A stretch of DNA of 64,000 bases from Erysipelotrichaceae bacterium (lineage in GTDB: Bacteria > Bacillota_I > Bacilli_A > Erysipelotrichales > Erysipelotrichaceae): NCBI GenBank assembly GCA_019415435.1, contig DXZE01000001.1, positions 12,426 to 76,425 of the forward strand. The letters are read 5' to 3'. Numbering within the stretch: the first letter of the stretch is position 1; every line of letters begins with the position of its first letter. Both the position numbers and the translations under genes were made by a program. This document shows, one piece after another, positions 11,462-21,887 of the stretch. Under the pieces are notes generated by a model, which was given only the letters and a program-made list of their open reading frames with translations, searched no databases and was not told the DNA's origin.

Positions 11462-13147
11462 ATGTCACTGTCATCTATCCGCTGGGATATGATCCTTGGC
11501 GGCTTTGGACTGTTTATGTTTGGCATCAACTTTATGGGTGATGGCCTCAAAGCAGTAGCTGGCGACAAGCTTCGCGATTATATTGATAAGTACACTTCTA
11601 ATCCAATATCCGGTTTAATCATCGGCATTATATTAACAATACTGATGCAGTCTTCTTCCGCAACAACTGCTATCGTCATTGGTCTGGTTAGAGCTGGTCT
11701 GATGACTCTGGACCAGGCGGCAGGCGTTGTGCTTGGAGCTAACATCGGTACCACCGTTACATCCTTCCTGATATCCATCAACATTGATAAATACGCATTG
11801 TATATCGTATTTATCGGTGCATTACTGATCTGTTTCTCAAAGAAAACAAAAACCAGATACATGGGCAATGTCATTCTTGGATTCGGTCTGATCTTCTATG
11901 GTATGGCTGCTATGGGTGATGCTTTGGCTGCTCTTAAGGAAATGCCGCAGTTTGAAGATTTTGCAATATCCATGGCAAAAAATCCATTCTTAGGCTTAGC
12001 CGCTGGTATTCTCTTAACCGCTGCCGTACAGTCTTCCGCTGCTACAATCGGTGTTATCCAGAAACTGTATCAGGCTGGTGCCGTAACATTCGGGGCAGCG
12101 GTTCCATTCATGTTTGGTGCTAATATCGGTACAACAATGACTGGTATCTTAGCTGCGATCGGTGGTTCAACAGCCGGCAAGCGTACCGCTGCCATGCATA
12201 CAATACTGAATGTCATTGCGACAATTTTCGGTATGATCCTTCTTGTACCATTTACAAATCTCATGCAAAAGATAACCGGTGGTCTCAATCCAATGATGCA
12301 GATAGCTGTTTCCAATATCATCTTCAAGACAGTAACGACATTGATGTTCTTACCATTCCTCAAACAGCTGGTTGCTTTAGTCAGAAAGGTAATTCCTGGC
12401 AAGGAACCGGAAATCATGGAAGTGGATATTGACGAGCTGGATAACAATGTGACTAACGTTCTTCCATCCTTTGCGATCAAGGCTTCCCAGCAGGCATTAT
12501 TAAAGATGGCAGATGTTGTTAAGGAAGATGTCAGACAGACAAAGGATTTCTTAAATAATCATGGTTCTGAAGAAGATATGGATATCCTTAACAGAAATGA
12601 AGCCATGATCAATAAGTTTGATAAGAAGATTACGGATTATCTGATTCAGGTATCCGTACAGCCTAACTTAACCGAACAGGATATCATGGATCAGCGTCTG
12701 AATCTTGAAACTACCAAGAACTTTGAAAGATTAGGTGATCTGGCTTCTAACCTGGCAGAGTTCTATAACATGGTCTATTCTGAAGAACAGGAATTCTCAG
12801 AAGCAGCCATGAAGGACATGAATACCATGTATGACCAGTTTATGGATATGTTCGATGATGCCGTGGAAATCTTTGTGACAAAAAATCAGATAACCTATGG
12901 CAGATTATTAGGCAAAGAAGACCGCATGGATTCCCTGGAATATGAATCCAGAGAAAGACACTTTGGAAGAATGTCCAATCATACATGTACTTCCCCTGTC
13001 GCAGAATCTGTATATTGCGATATCTTAGGTACATTGGAACGTATGGGTGATCATTGCTGCAACATAGCCCGCTCCTCAGTAACTTCCAAGGTAGATGATA
13101 TTTCAGAAGATGAACCTGTGCATTCCGGCAGTCATAACCAAAAGTAA
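11462..13147 (+). CDS. Na+/phosphate cotransporter family protein with a C-terminal PhoU-like domain
   Basis: The N-terminal half has duplicated QSSSATT / QSSAAT transport motifs in a polytopic membrane region. The C-terminal half is helical and PhoU-like. A GAGGGGG RBS precedes the start. Confidence 0.85.
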   Translation: MSLSSIRWDMILGGFGLFMFGINFMGDGLKAVAGDKLRDYIDKYTSNPISGLIIGIILTILMQSSSATTAIVIGLVRAGLMTLDQAAGVVLGANIGTTVTSFLISINIDKYALYIVFIGALLICFSKKTKTRYMGNVILGFGLIFYGMAAMGDALAALKEMPQFEDFAISMAKNPFLGLAAGILLTAAVQSSAATIGVIQKLYQAGAVTFGAAVPFMFGANIGTTMTGILAAIGGSTAGKRTAAMHTILNVIATIFGMILLVPFTNLMQKITGGLNPMMQIAVSNIIFKTVTTLMFLPFLKQLVALVRKVIPGKEPEIMEVDIDELDNNVTNVLPSFAIKASQQALLKMADVVKEDVRQTKDFLNNHGSEEDMDILNRNEAMINKFDKKITDYLIQVSVQPNLTEQDIMDQRLNLETTKNFERLGDLASNLAEFYNMVYSEEQEFSEAAMKDMNTMYDQFMDMFDDAVEIFVTKNQITYGRLLGKEDRMDSLEYESRERHFGRMSNHTCTSPVAESVYCDILGTLERMGDHCCNIARSSVTSKVDDISEDEPVHSGSHNQK

Positions 13148-13150
13148 AAA

Positions 13151-13176
13151 AGTGCTGAAAATCAGCGCTTTTTTTG
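13151..13176. terminator. Intrinsic terminator shared by the Na/Pi gene and convergent phoH
   Basis: The stem agtgctga/tcagcgct has a 3-nt loop, then a T7 run on plus and an A-run upstream. Confidence 0.75.
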
Positions 13177-14130
13177 TGCCTGTTCATATCTTTCAATAAT
13201 CTTTTGGACAAGTGGATGTCTGACGACATCATCACTGTTCATATGTAATACTGCAATCTCATCTATATCCTTCAGGATATGAGAAGCCTGGATTAATCCG
13301 CTTTCCATCTGCGGCTTTAAATCAATCTGGGTAATATCACCGGTAATAACCATATGGGAATGAAAACCGAGTCTTGTTAAAAACATCTTCATCTGGGCAG
13401 TCGTTGTATTTTGTGCTTCATCCAGAATAACAAAGGCATCATCCAGGGTCCTTCCTCTCATAAAGGCTAACGGGGCTATTTCGATCGTTCCCTTTTCAAT
13501 TAATACTTCGGTCTTTTCTGTGCCTAGCATTGCATGCAAAGCATCATATAAAGGTGTCAGATATGGATCTACCTTTTCCTTCATATCACCAGGTAAAAAG
13601 CCAAGGTTCTCCCCTGCCTCTACTGCAGGTCTGGTTAACACGATTCTTTTGACATCACCACGTTTTAAGGCAGAAACAGCTTCAATAACCGCAAGATATG
13701 TCTTGCCTGTACCAGCTGGTCCTATCGCAAAGACAATCGGCACTTCTTCCATTGCTTTCACAAATCTGTACTGTCCCATTGTTTTAGGTACAACCGGCTT
13801 ACCGGCAAGGGTTCTGCCGACAATATGACTGGCAAATACTTCAGGATCTGTCTCTTCATGATTCTTAGCCATACGTGAGAGATAAATCACATCCTGTTCA
13901 TTTACCATTCTGCCATTATGAATCATGTCATATAACTGATGGAGTACATGAGTAACATTCTTTTCTGTTTCTTCATCTCCTTTTAAGAAGAAGGTATTGG
14001 AACGGAAAGAGATATCTGAATCAAAGCAGGAACTTAATGCCATAAGGTTTCTGTCATTGGCTCCAACTAATGCAGAAGCTTCTGCCTCGCTCATTTCAGA
14101 CATATGTATTTCTAATGTATTATCTTTCAA
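13162..14130 (-). CDS. phoH: PhoH-family ATPase
   Basis: It has the Walker A motif GPAGTGKTYLA and the PhoH signature VILDEAQN. I prefer the TTG start at 14130, which lies 8 nt after AAGGAG. Alternative starts are ATG 14103 and the ORF-track start 14166. Confidence 0.88.
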   Translation of the reverse strand: MKDNTLEIHMSEMSEAEASALVGANDRNLMALSSCFDSDISFRSNTFFLKGDEETEKNVTHVLHQLYDMIHNGRMVNEQDVIYLSRMAKNHEETDPEVFASHIVGRTLAGKPVVPKTMGQYRFVKAMEEVPIVFAIGPAGTGKTYLAVIEAVSALKRGDVKRIVLTRPAVEAGENLGFLPGDMKEKVDPYLTPLYDALHAMLGTEKTEVLIEKGTIEIAPLAFMRGRTLDDAFVILDEAQNTTTAQMKMFLTRLGFHSHMVITGDITQIDLKPQMESGLIQASHILKDIDEIAVLHMNSDDVVRHPLVQKIIERYEQAQKKR

Positions 14131-14179
14131 GAATGAATCTCCTTTATTAAGAAAAAAGAGAAACACTGCTGTGCTCCTC

Positions 14180-14362
14180 TTACTTGCCTCTTCTTCTTGC
14201 CTTGCGAGCAGCTTCGCTCTTCAGCTTTCTCTTTACGCCAGGCTTAACGTAATATTCTCTCTTACGTGCTTCAGCCAGTGTGCCGTTGCGGCTTACCTGA
14301 CGCTTGAAGCGGCGCAGTGCATCATCTAAGTTCTCACCATCTTTGACTACAACTCTTGCCAT
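14180..14362 (-). CDS. rpsU: 30S ribosomal protein S21
   Basis: [27 protein letters not shown]... is a canonical S21 sequence. Confidence 0.95.
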   Translation of the reverse strand: MARVVVKDGENLDDALRRFKRQVSRNGTLAEARKREYYVKPGVKRKLKSEAARKARRRGK

Positions 14363-14445
14363 ACTTACTCACCGCCTTCCTGTTTTTTGACGCCTAATTA
14401 TGATATCAAATCAGACTAAATTATGCAATCAGAATATGCTTTAAA

Positions 14446-15084
14446 TCAGAATAAATCTGTACCATGGGATGTGCCGATTCTTTCAGCACCAGCCGCGATC
14501 ATGGCTTCCATATCTTCTTTTGTACGGATACCGCCACTTGCCTTTACCTTAACGTCAGAACCCTTGACAGCTTCCTTCATTAACTTAACATCAGCGACTG
14601 TAGCACCACCAGTAGAGAATCCGGTAGATGTCTTGACAAAGTCAGCACCTGCGGCAACTGCATCCTTACATGCTCTGACCTTTTCATCATCTGTTAAAAG
14701 ACATGTTTCAATAATAACCTTGAGGATATGATCTCCGGCAACTTCCTTTAACTGACGGATTTCATCAGTGACGTAAGCATCATCGCCACCCTTCAGCATG
14801 CCGATATTCAAAACCATATCGACTTCATCAGCACCATTGGCAATGGCATCCTTTACTTCAAATACCTTTGTCTTAGTTGTATTGGCACCTAACGGGAAGC
14901 CAATAACACAGGCTGCCTTAACATCTGTTCCTTCAAGCTGCGGCTTTACAAACGGAATCCAGCATGGGTTAACCATGACAGAAGCGAAGTTATACTTCTT
15001 TGCCTCATCAACAACCTTCTGGATGTCTTCCTTTGTAGACTCTGGTTTTAATAAAGTGTGATCAATATAGCTATTCAGTTCCAT
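14446..15084 (-). CDS. deoC: Deoxyribose-phosphate aldolase
   Basis: It has [11 protein letters not shown] and the catalytic-Lys region VKTSTGF. The probable start MELNSY at 15084 lies just after the murE stop. Confidence 0.9.
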   Translation of the reverse strand: MELNSYIDHTLLKPESTKEDIQKVVDEAKKYNFASVMVNPCWIPFVKPQLEGTDVKAACVIGFPLGANTTKTKVFEVKDAIANGADEVDMVLNIGMLKGGDDAYVTDEIRQLKEVAGDHILKVIIETCLLTDDEKVRACKDAVAAGADFVKTSTGFSTGGATVADVKLMKEAVKGSDVKVKASGGIRTKEDMEAMIAAGAERIGTSHGTDLF

Positions 15085-15085
15085 T

Positions 15086-16558
15086 TTAATATGCCTCCTT
15101 ACTACCATCATTAAAATAGTACTTTTTTAATACTTCATGCGTGATCATATCATCGCCTTCATATGGTTCTCTGCCAAATTGTCTGTAGATAAACTTCTCA
15201 TCACCTTTACCAAGTATTATGATTGTATCATCCGGATCAGCGATTTCCACTGCCTCTCTGATTGCATCATAGCGGTCATCGATGATGACATAGTTTGTCT
15301 TCCTGATTCCTGATGCGATCTCTTCTGCAATCTCATGAGGATCCTCATCACGCGGATCATCTTCTGTCAGAATGATCATATCACAATATTTATCCAGTAT
15401 CTGCCCGAAGATAGGACGCTTGATTGTATCTCTCCGGCCTGCACTGCCAGTAATCGCAATGATGCGGTTTTCCTTAGGGGTAATCTTGCTGGCATACTGA
15501 CATACCTTCTCAATGCCATCTGGTGTATGGGCAAAGTCAATGACGATGTTAAATGGCTGCCCATCATTGATTCTCTGCATACGTCCTTCTATCTGGGAAA
15601 GATTCTTGATATATGGCAGCATCTGTGTAATCGATATACCCTTCTGATTTAAGGCAGCCATAGCGGCTAAAAGATTATAGATATTGAACTTTGCGACAAG
15701 ATTAGTTTCAATCTCATATTCCATATTCTCTACTTTTAAGGTAAAGCGGGTACGGTCTTTTAATAACTGATAATCCGTAACCTGATAATCTGCCTCATTT
15801 TCAATGCCATATGTTACAACCCGGCATGGGCAGTCTTTGACAATCTTCATACCATATGGATCATCCATATTTGTAATCGCAACAGCATCTGGTTTCAGGT
15901 TATCAAACAGTTTCTTTTTGGCATTAAAGTAGTTTGTCAATGTGCCATGATAATCCAGATGATCATGGGTCAGGTTTGTAAACATCGCTACATCAAAGTC
16001 AATGGCATCTACTCTTCCCTGTTCAATACCGATGGAAGAAGCTTCCAGGGCACATGCCTTCATACCGGCATCTACCATATCCCTTAAGATACCATGCAGA
16101 TCGTCAATATCCGGGGTAGTTAATAATGGCGGTAACTTTACCTGTCCATACTGAATGGCAATCGTACCGATATATCCGGTAGGTTCAAATTCATTTAAGA
16201 TATCCCGGATGATGCACGCAATAGAAGACTTGCCATTGGTTCCGGTTACGCCAAACATCAGAAGCTTATGAGATGGATGACCATAGAATGCATCTGCGAC
16301 CTGATTGAATGCCTGCAATACATCCTTAACTTTGATATAGGTAATGTCATCATGCATATGTTCCAGAGGTTCACTGTAAACAATAACCTTGGCGCCATTG
16401 CGGATTGCCTGTTCCACAAACTCATGACCATCAAAGCGGATTCCCTTCACACAGAAAAAAATAGAATCCGGACGCTTCAAGCGTGAATCAGACATCAGAC
16501 TCTTGATTTCAATATCTGGTACATTTTCAAATAATTCTGTCAGCTTCATTTTATTCAC
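15086..16558 (-). CDS. murE: UDP-MurNAc-L-Ala-D-Glu:diamino-acid ligase MurE
   Basis: It has the Mur ligase P-loop [10 protein letters not shown] and the [10 protein letters not shown] motif. The retained Arg suggests a DAP-type enzyme, but that is my inference. Confidence 0.9.
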   Translation of the reverse strand: MNKMKLTELFENVPDIEIKSLMSDSRLKRPDSIFFCVKGIRFDGHEFVEQAIRNGAKVIVYSEPLEHMHDDITYIKVKDVLQAFNQVADAFYGHPSHKLLMFGVTGTNGKSSIACIIRDILNEFEPTGYIGTIAIQYGQVKLPPLLTTPDIDDLHGILRDMVDAGMKACALEASSIGIEQGRVDAIDFDVAMFTNLTHDHLDYHGTLTNYFNAKKKLFDNLKPDAVAITNMDDPYGMKIVKDCPCRVVTYGIENEADYQVTDYQLLKDRTRFTLKVENMEYEIETNLVAKFNIYNLLAAMAALNQKGISITQMLPYIKNLSQIEGRMQRINDGQPFNIVIDFAHTPDGIEKVCQYASKITPKENRIIAITGSAGRRDTIKRPIFGQILDKYCDMIILTEDDPRDEDPHEIAEEIASGIRKTNYVIIDDRYDAIREAVEIADPDDTIIILGKGDEKFIYRQFGREPYEGDDMITHEVLKKYYFNDGSKEAY

Positions 16559-17829
16559 CTGATCTTTTCTGCATACATAATATGATTCTTATACTCTGTA
16601 AGCTTTACATGAACCCATTCACCATGGACAAGTTCTTCTTTTATTCTTACCGGTATGTAATTGGATGTATGACCTGTGGTACTGCCATCTCTTACCCATT
16701 CCGCGATGATATCCGCTTCTTTTCCAACAAACGAAGAGCGATAGGCATCTTCCATTTCTCTGGATAATTCAATGCATTGTGAAGCTCTTTTTTTTCTGAC
16801 TGGTACTGGTATCTGACAAGGCATCTTTTCTGCCTGTGTACCTTTCCGTAGTGAAAACGGGAATACATGAAGAAAGGAAAACTGACACTTCTTTAAGAAA
16901 TTCATTGTCTCCTGAAATTCCTGTTCACTTTCACCAGGGAAACCAGTCATGATATCACATGAAATCGATATATCTTCTCCCAAAGCATTACGTACCTTAC
17001 ATATTCTATCATAATAATAAGCTGTATCGTATGGTCTTTGCATGCGCTTCAATACCGTATCACTGCCTGACTGCAATGGAATATGCAGGAACCTTGCAAT
17101 ACGGGGTTCTTCTTTCATCAGCTCAATCAGTTCATCGCTTACCTCTGTTACTTCTATGGAAGAAATACGCAGACGGCAGTCTTTTGTATGAGCCAATATC
17201 TCTTTCATTAACTGTGCAAGGGTTACACCATATTCTCTTCCATATCTGCCTGTATGAATACCGGTTAAGACAATCTCATGATATTTCTGAGACAGTCTTT
17301 CTGCCTCTTTGATAACTGTATCAGGATCAAGGGAACGCTCTCTGCCTCTTGCATAAGGAATAATGCAGTATGTACAAAACTGATTACAGCCATCCTGTAT
17401 CTTCAGATCACAGCGGGCTTTGGAGTCAGAAAGAGATGCTTCCTCCTGATGGAAAGACATATCTCCCATATCTGCAACTGCTCTGATCTTATGATGATCT
17501 TTGAGATACTGCTCAATGAGTAAAGGTGTCTTCTCTTTATCTTTTGTACCAACAAGAATATCCGCATCTTCTACTTCATCTGTATCTACCTGTACATAGC
17601 AGCCAATCATGCACGTTACTGCTTCAGGATGGTTTCTCTTTGCCCGATGAAGCATCTGACGGCTCTTGGAAGCAGCGGTATTGGTAACCGCACAGGTAAA
17701 GATTAAGACAGCATCATAATCTTCATTATCTTTAACTCTTTCCCATCCTCTTTTCTCCATATCTGAGGCAATGGATTCTGCTTCATAGGCATTTACCTTA
17801 CAGCCAAGATTGATAACACTGAATCTCAT
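16555..17829 (-). CDS. mtaB: tRNA t6A37 methylthiotransferase MtaB (radical SAM)
   Basis: It has a UPF0004 N-terminal domain, the radical SAM motif CNQFCTYC, and a TRAM-like C-terminus. Confidence 0.88.
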   Translation of the reverse strand: MRFSVINLGCKVNAYEAESIASDMEKRGWERVKDNEDYDAVLIFTCAVTNTAASKSRQMLHRAKRNHPEAVTCMIGCYVQVDTDEVEDADILVGTKDKEKTPLLIEQYLKDHHKIRAVADMGDMSFHQEEASLSDSKARCDLKIQDGCNQFCTYCIIPYARGRERSLDPDTVIKEAERLSQKYHEIVLTGIHTGRYGREYGVTLAQLMKEILAHTKDCRLRISSIEVTEVSDELIELMKEEPRIARFLHIPLQSGSDTVLKRMQRPYDTAYYYDRICKVRNALGEDISISCDIMTGFPGESEQEFQETMNFLKKCQFSFLHVFPFSLRKGTQAEKMPCQIPVPVRKKRASQCIELSREMEDAYRSSFVGKEADIIAEWVRDGSTTGHTSNYIPVRIKEELVHGEWVHVKLTEYKNHIMYAEKIR

Positions 17830-18548
17830 GCCATCTTTTCTCCTATTTCAGCTAAAACGGAGCAGGCGTATATGGCAGCTGTCTCCGCTCTCAGAATACG
17901 CTTGCCAAGGGTTACAGGCATAAAATGGTCATCATAAAGAGATTGTACTTCTTCTTCAGAAAAACCCCCTTCCGGTCCAATTACAATGGTCACAGAAGAT
18001 ACATGATCCATTGCATCACTGATGAGCGGAGACTGTATGCCAGCTTTTTCATAGGCACAGAGATTTACATCACTGCTGTAATCTTTTAAGGAAGAAACTG
18101 AAACAGACTCACATAGTTCCGGAATCAGATCACGCTTGCATTGTTCAGAGGCAGACTGGAGAATATACTGCCATCTCTTTCTCTGATGTTCCTGTTTCTC
18201 TTTACGTACCTGTACAACACAACGGGATGAATAAAACGGAACGATTCTTTTCACACCAAGTTCTGCGGCTTTCTGCAATACCAGTTCAAACTTTTCCCGA
18301 CGGATCAAAGCCATGCATAAAGTGATGTTTAATGGAAATTCACGAATTACAGGATCTTCTTCAATGACAAGTGCACCATGATATTGTCTGTCACAGATGG
18401 CATAATATGCCTTCTGACAATATACAAGACGTATCTTTTCATCATGAAGGTGTAGTACATCAAAGGCATGATGATACTGTTCTTTTGTAAAGATATAGAC
18501 AGAACCGACTGATAATGGTTCATTTGTAAAATACTGATACATAACCAC
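17826..18548 (-). CDS. rsmE: 16S rRNA (uracil1498-N3)-methyltransferase RsmE
   Basis: It has a PUA-like N-terminus and the SPOUT knot IVIGPEGGFSEEE...LGKRILRAETA. An alternative start is the ATG at 18542. Confidence 0.9.
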   Translation of the reverse strand: MVMYQYFTNEPLSVGSVYIFTKEQYHHAFDVLHLHDEKIRLVYCQKAYYAICDRQYHGALVIEEDPVIREFPLNITLCMALIRREKFELVLQKAAELGVKRIVPFYSSRCVVQVRKEKQEHQRKRWQYILQSASEQCKRDLIPELCESVSVSSLKDYSSDVNLCAYEKAGIQSPLISDAMDHVSSVTIVIGPEGGFSEEEVQSLYDDHFMPVTLGKRILRAETAAIYACSVLAEIGEKMA

Positions 18549-18562
18549 AAAAAGGAAAACGA

Positions 18563-19831
18563 TTATTCGTCTTCCTCTTCCTCCTTCTTCTTATCATGGA
18601 TTTCAACTTTAACTTCCAGGACTTTTCTCTGATCTGCCTTAGTAATAGTTACATGCAGATTCTTATAGTCAAACTCTTCCCCAACATGAGGAATATGACC
18701 TAATTCATGAATTGCCCATCCGGAAACCGTAATGAAGTCAAACTCTTCATCTTCTTCCTCTACATCAAAACGGTCAATCAGATCATCGATCTCGGCATCA
18801 CCCTTGACCATCCATGTATGATCATCAACCTTTGTATAGAAGTCTTCAACAACATCATGTTCATCCCAGATTTCACCAACAAGTTCCTCAATGATATCTT
18901 CCAGAGTGATGATGCCATCTGTACCGCCATATTCATCCAGGACAACAGCCAGATGAAGCTTAGCACTCTGAAGCTGCTTCATAACGGTAGAAATCTTAGT
19001 ATTAGGAGATGTGTAGATAACCGGCTTGATAATCTTTCTGACCGGGCCCTTACCGTGATACATGATTTCATAGAAGTCTTTTTCATGGATGACACCGACA
19101 ATATTATCGATACTGTTTTCATATACCGGTAATCTTGAGAAAGAATTTACCCGGAACATCGTTTCGATTTCTTTTTCTGATGCAGTGATATCTACTGCGA
19201 CAACATCCACTCTGGGCGTTAAAACATCTGATACATCAAGATCATTAAAGCCGATGGCATTGGATATCAGATCAGATTCATGTTCTTCCAGATCTCCATC
19301 TTTTTCAGCTTCCTCTACCATAGTGGTTAATTCATCTGAAATATCCGTATCCGGATTCTGTACTTTTACAAGCTTTGATACAAGCCATGTCCAGCCAGAC
19401 AAGACAAGAGATAAAGGTGTCAGGATAACTTCAAAGAAGCCGACAAAACCAGTCATGGCACAGGCAAATTTCTCTGGAGCTTGCTTGGCTAATGACTTCG
19501 GTGCTGTTTCACCAAACATTAATGTCACAATGGTAATCACAATTGTAGATATAGTTGCGCCATTATGAGTAAAGAACATTGTAAATAACAATGTACCGAT
19601 AGTCGCAGAAGCTGTATTGACAATATTATTTCCAATCAGAATAGTAGTCAGAAAACGATCATAGTTATCCAAAGTCTTTAAGACAATGCCTGCCTTTGGA
19701 TTACCGTCATTCTGCATATTCTTTAATCTGATCTTTGAGGCAGAACTGTAGGCTGTTTCCACTGCTGAAAATAAACCTGAAAATAAAGTCAGAATAATTA
19801 TGACAATGACATATGTACCTGCATTACTCAT
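18563..19831 (-). CDS. CNNM/DUF21-CBS-CorC family (hemolysin-like) membrane protein
   Basis: It has the N-terminal DUF21 motif FSAVETAYSS, a CBS pair, and a CorC_HlyC C-terminal domain. Confidence 0.88.
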   Translation of the reverse strand: MSNAGTYVIVIIILTLFSGLFSAVETAYSSASKIRLKNMQNDGNPKAGIVLKTLDNYDRFLTTILIGNNIVNTASATIGTLLFTMFFTHNGATISTIVITIVTLMFGETAPKSLAKQAPEKFACAMTGFVGFFEVILTPLSLVLSGWTWLVSKLVKVQNPDTDISDELTTMVEEAEKDGDLEEHESDLISNAIGFNDLDVSDVLTPRVDVVAVDITASEKEIETMFRVNSFSRLPVYENSIDNIVGVIHEKDFYEIMYHGKGPVRKIIKPVIYTSPNTKISTVMKQLQSAKLHLAVVLDEYGGTDGIITLEDIIEELVGEIWDEHDVVEDFYTKVDDHTWMVKGDAEIDDLIDRFDVEEEDEEFDFITVSGWAIHELGHIPHVGEEFDYKNLHVTITKADQRKVLEVKVEIHDKKKEEEEDE

Positions 19832-19947
19832 AAAATCACCATTCTTTCAGCATAGTGATATGAATGCATGTTTTGCATGGGATCTTCCAAATCAAACACC
19901 TCACTTCAATGCCAAATATTCTAACATTTCATACATATAACATCAAA

Positions 19948-20541
19948 TCAGGCATCTTTAAGACTGCCTTTTTTAACATTATTGTCCAATATTTCCTCTG
20001 TTATCTGATACAGTTCATGACTGCCAGCATCGGTTTTGGATTGTCTTCCTTCTACTGTTGAGCGGGATACACCATGTTCCTTCCAATCCCCGCCATCATT
20101 GGAATTATTTAACAGTAATGGCTGGAAGTTATCCATCGCTCTGGCAAATCTCGCTTCCGGGGTATCACCATGATCAAATTCTTCAAAGATAGATCTGAGT
20201 TCATTCTTCTGATCATCTGGTAAAAGAGAGAAGATATGATCTGCGGCATTCTCTTCTCTTTCATGCTGGGTCTTCTTACCCTCAGTATCATAGGCGTAGG
20301 TATCCCCTGCCTCTATTTCAACAATGTCATGAATCAGACACATGATCATGACATGAGAGATATCAATATCTTCATTAGAATATTCTTTTAACAGATATGC
20401 CATAACTGCCATATGCCAGGCATGTTCAGCATCATTTTCTCTTCTGCAATGATGAGATAAATGTGTCTGTCTTAATATATTCTTTTCTTCATCTATCTTC
20501 AGAATAAAATCAATCTGTTTGAAAAGTCTTTTTCTGTCCAT
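19948..20541 (-). CDS. HD-domain phosphohydrolase (YfbR-like 5'-nucleotidase family)
   Basis: It has the ENDAEHAWHMA...LIHDIVEIEAGD HD motifs. The ATG at 20541 lies 9 nt after GAGGA. I rejected the ORF-track TTG start at 20565. Confidence 0.8.
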   Translation of the reverse strand: MDRKRLFKQIDFILKIDEEKNILRQTHLSHHCRRENDAEHAWHMAVMAYLLKEYSNEDIDISHVMIMCLIHDIVEIEAGDTYAYDTEGKKTQHEREENAADHIFSLLPDDQKNELRSIFEEFDHGDTPEARFARAMDNFQPLLLNNSNDGGDWKEHGVSRSTVEGRQSKTDAGSHELYQITEEILDNNVKKGSLKDA

Positions 20542-20554
20542 AAAACATTCCTCA

Positions 20555-20735
20555 TTTCCTGTCAACTACCCACTGTCCAAGGACGTCTGGGCTTGTAACT
20601 GACTCCTCCAGTACAGACGTAATCTGCTGTGCAGATTCTCCTGGACTCTAACAGCAGGGATACTACCCTCTGTGCCGTTACATCGCCGGGTGGTTGACAG
20701 CACCCGTTTGATAGCGTTCCGGATATACCGAAACC
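20555..20735 (-). ncRNA. Candidate omega RNA (reRNA) scaffold / right-end remnant of an IS200/IS605-family element
   Basis: It lies immediately 3' of the tnpB fragment on the same strand. It is clearly more GC-rich than its surroundings. A 12/13 long-range complement joins 20559-20571 and 20688-20700, and there is an internal hairpin aatctgc-aca-gcagatt. Confidence 0.55.
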
Positions 20736-21611
20736 TTAGCTTACTGTTTTAAATGATGGTGATTCATCACCTGTTGCCCAGAGCGCGCCAAGAAGATAGA
20801 TATTCATTGCTCCAACTCTGTCATCATTGCTTGTAAATCCGCAGTGTCTGCAGGTATACAAATGTTTGTCATGATTTCTGTTTTCTTTCAGAACTGTTCC
20901 ACAATGCGGACATCTTTGTGATGTGCAATGAGGATCAACCTTTATGACATGACAGCCTGTTTCGTTTGCCTTGTATGTCAGTTTGGTTTCCAGGTCATAA
21001 AAAGACCAGTTGTGCAGATCATGTGTCTGCTTTCTGCCATGCTGATTCTGTTCTTCAAACGAGATACCTTCCAGGTCTTCAAGTACAAACAGCGTACCTT
21101 TTCCGTATTTATTCACGAGTGCCTTACTGATGCGATGATTTACATCACTCATCCAACGGTTCTCTCGCCCTGAAATACGTTTCAGTGCACGTTTTGCTGA
21201 TCTTGTACCTTTTGCCTGAAGTTCCGCTCTCACCCTGTCAAAAGAATCACGTTTTTTTCTGATTTCTTTTCCCCGGACAAATGCAGTTTTCTGCGAATCA
21301 TCATATGTCGTTGCGATAAATCGAAGCCCTCTGTCGATGCCGACAACATGTCGGATATCATCTCTGGAAAATTCATCTGCTTCTCTGACAGCAGAAATAT
21401 GCAGATACCAGCTGCCTTTCAACTGTACGAGTTTAGCTGTACCGAATTTCCATTCGCCATCAAAGAATTTCTTCATGTATTCAGGTACATCAAAAGGAAC
21501 TTTTACACGATTTCCCAGTGTATTGATTGATAATGCATTGCCTTCTTCTACAAAGCTGTAGTCTCTGTTTCTGACAAGATCCGCCTGCGGTCTGGAAAAG
21601 CGGATTGGTTT
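20736..21611 (-). pseudogene. tnpB: 5'-truncated tnpB (RuvC + zinc-ribbon C-terminal two-thirds)
   Basis: The frame is open from the stop at 21612-21614. It reads KPIRFSRPQADLVRNRDYSF...VGIDRG (RuvC D), FVLEDLEG (E), CPHCG...CRHCG (zinc ribbon) and NDDRVGAMNI (D). There is no N-terminal domain and no RBS. Confidence 0.85.
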
Positions 21612-21723
21612 CTACAGCCAGAACATAATGAACCTGTACAGGGCTAATAGCTGTTCCTACAGTTCCAATAACTGTTAAAGCTGCCAAAATACATGCTTGA
21701 ATTTTTTGAATTACCTTTTTCAT
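21612..21723 (-). pseudogene. Signal-peptide-only remnant of a secreted-protein gene, cut off by the tnpB fragment
   Basis: MKKVIQKIQACILAALTVIGTVGTAISPVQVHYVLA looks like a signal peptide. The ORF then runs out of frame into tnpB-derived sequence. Confidence 0.4.
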
Positions 21724-21887
21724 AATTTTACCATTTCTTCCGTATCAATTTTTACGATTTTCTTTTTGAAGTTTTTTAGCTCCTTCATGTATTTATCATA
21801 ATCAGATTCTTTGCGGCTGTACTATCCTTCAGCTCAATACTTCCACTTATTTCATTACCTTTTATGTCATAATCATCACATCACTTT

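Noticed and set aside
20928-21561. Plus-strand ORFs of 60-81 aa within the tnpB fragment.
   Set aside because: They are antisense to recognisable TnpB coding sequence and have no independent support.
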